Below, piece by piece: positions 63,287 to 64,000 of a stretch of DNA of 64,000 bases. Within the stretch, counting starts at the first letter, position 1. Every line of letters starts with the position of its first letter. The position numbers were made by a program, and so were the translations under genes. Origin of the DNA: an uncultured Gammaproteobacteria bacterium. GTDB lineage: Bacteria > Patescibacteriota > Microgenomatia > UBA1406 > GWC2-37-13. Under the pieces are notes generated by a model that did no database searches, had not been told where the DNA came from, and saw nothing but the letters and a program-made list of their open reading frames with translations. The DNA is taken from contig CAZIUF010000001.1 in the NCBI GenBank assembly GCA_964542665.1, positions 21,549 to 85,548 on the forward strand, given 5' to 3'.

Positions 63287-63899
63287 GGGCATGCGTGAGT
63301 TGGTAAAACTGAGCAGCAAGCACAGCGCCCATAAGTGGTCCAACTATATACGTGATCAGATGTTCAAGCACGAATACCTTACTCGTTACCAAGCTGTACA
63401 TAAGTGGAGCGATGCCTACTGCAGGATTAAACGCCCCACCAGACAGTGTGCCAACACTATATGCACCGATGAGGACAGCGAGTCCGATCGTCATCCCAAA
63501 ATATGAGTTACCTGCGGCCTTGTGACTGATAGCAGTATGAAGTACTGCTGATACAAGCACAAAAGTAAACAGCCCTTCAGCAAGGATCCCTTGATAGAGC
63601 AGCGTCTCAGGTGCTGGTGCCACTATCAATATCTTGCCTGAGAGGATATGAGCTACTAAGACTCCGAGGAGTCCTCCACTGAGTTGCGCAAATATATACC
63701 CAATCGTCTTTGACCAAGCTTGTTTCCCAACGATTGACACGGCAATACTCACTGCTGGATTGTAGTGCCCACCAGATACGTGAGCACCAATATAAATCAT
63801 CGCTGCAAGTGTTGCAGCTATCGCGACTGGATTACCGGTGAGTGCAATGACGAGAACGAGAAACAATGTGCCAATCGCTTCCATGAGGTAGCTTTTCAT
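63270..63899 (-). CDS. MIP family channel (aquaporin/glycerol facilitator)
   Basis: Two NPA boxes: SGGHYNPAVS and SGGAFNPAVG. Confidence 0.9.
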   Translation of the reverse strand: MKSYLMEAIGTLFLVLVIALTGNPVAIAATLAAMIYIGAHVSGGHYNPAVSIAVSIVGKQAWSKTIGYIFAQLSGGLLGVLVAHILSGKILIVAPAPETLLYQGILAEGLFTFVLVSAVLHTAISHKAAGNSYFGMTIGLAVLIGAYSVGTLSGGAFNPAVGIAPLMYSLVTSKVFVLEHLITYIVGPLMGAVLAAQFYQLTHAHEKHE

Positions 63900-63926
63900 A
63901 CGAATTAGCGATAATAATTAATTTGA

Positions 63927-64000
63927 TTAGACCAAAAAGGTTTCAAACAACCATTTATCTTCATCGAGCGGTCGTGGCTTACCAAACTTTGCAAATGGCT
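63927..64000 (-). CDS. 3' end of an unidentified gene that runs off the window
   Basis: Open minus-strand frame ...PFAKFGKPRPLDEDKWLFETFLV* ending at TAA (63927-63929). Confidence 0.3.
   Translation of the reverse strand, partial: PFAKFGKPRPLDEDKWLFETFLV

Noticed and set aside
1-64000. Alternative genetic code (UGA recoding, as in some candidate phyla)
   Set aside because: Well-conserved genes (gap, pgk, typA, clpB, acs) are full length under the standard code, and TGA is seen functioning as a stop (for example at the aminopeptidase and at the remnant tal end).

Overview
Compact, almost fully coding bacterial chromosome segment read with the standard code. TGA, TAA and TAG all act as stops. 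I saw no rRNA, CRISPR array, integrase or transposase, and one tRNA-Pro(UGG). Housekeeping content includes trmD, yidD, uppS, typA, an N-domain-less clpB, xth, acs, mscL, a tal / class-I fba / fbp / gap / pgk block, a polyprenyl synthase, peptidases, two ABC half-transporters and an SPFH pair. There are unusually many nucleotide house-cleaning enzymes: four Nudix-type genes (one fused to a MazG-like domain) plus rdgB. A sortase operon encodes a 1331-aa LAXTG surface protein. There is also a lone VirD4/TraD-like ATPase, many secreted proteins with TP/SP linkers, and several orphan genes. By inference only, the tight packing and gene repertoire suggest a reduced-genome Patescibacteria/CPR organism, possibly Saccharibacteria-like. 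The most interesting signals are as follows. (1) Two independent single-gene insertions are each bracketed by a duplicated 3' end of the upstream housekeeping gene (trmD and tal). The two copies differ almost only at synonymous sites, which looks like a footprint of cassette gain next to conserved genes. (2) All six soluble, domain-less orphan ORFs, including both cassette cargos, begin M-x-E. (3) The giant surface protein has its LAXTG sorting signal in the middle, followed by about 325 more residues. (4) A 28-nt hairpin mini-repeat with covarying stems occurs twice around the tal promoter and once in-frame inside tal. (5) A complete promoter-RBS-ORF-terminator unit encodes a 25-aa polylysine peptide. 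(6) A CsoR-fold regulator with no Cys or His sits next to an HMA / DsbD_2 / cupredoxin module that is split by one in-frame TAA. All function calls come from motif recognition by eye, and no database search was possible.
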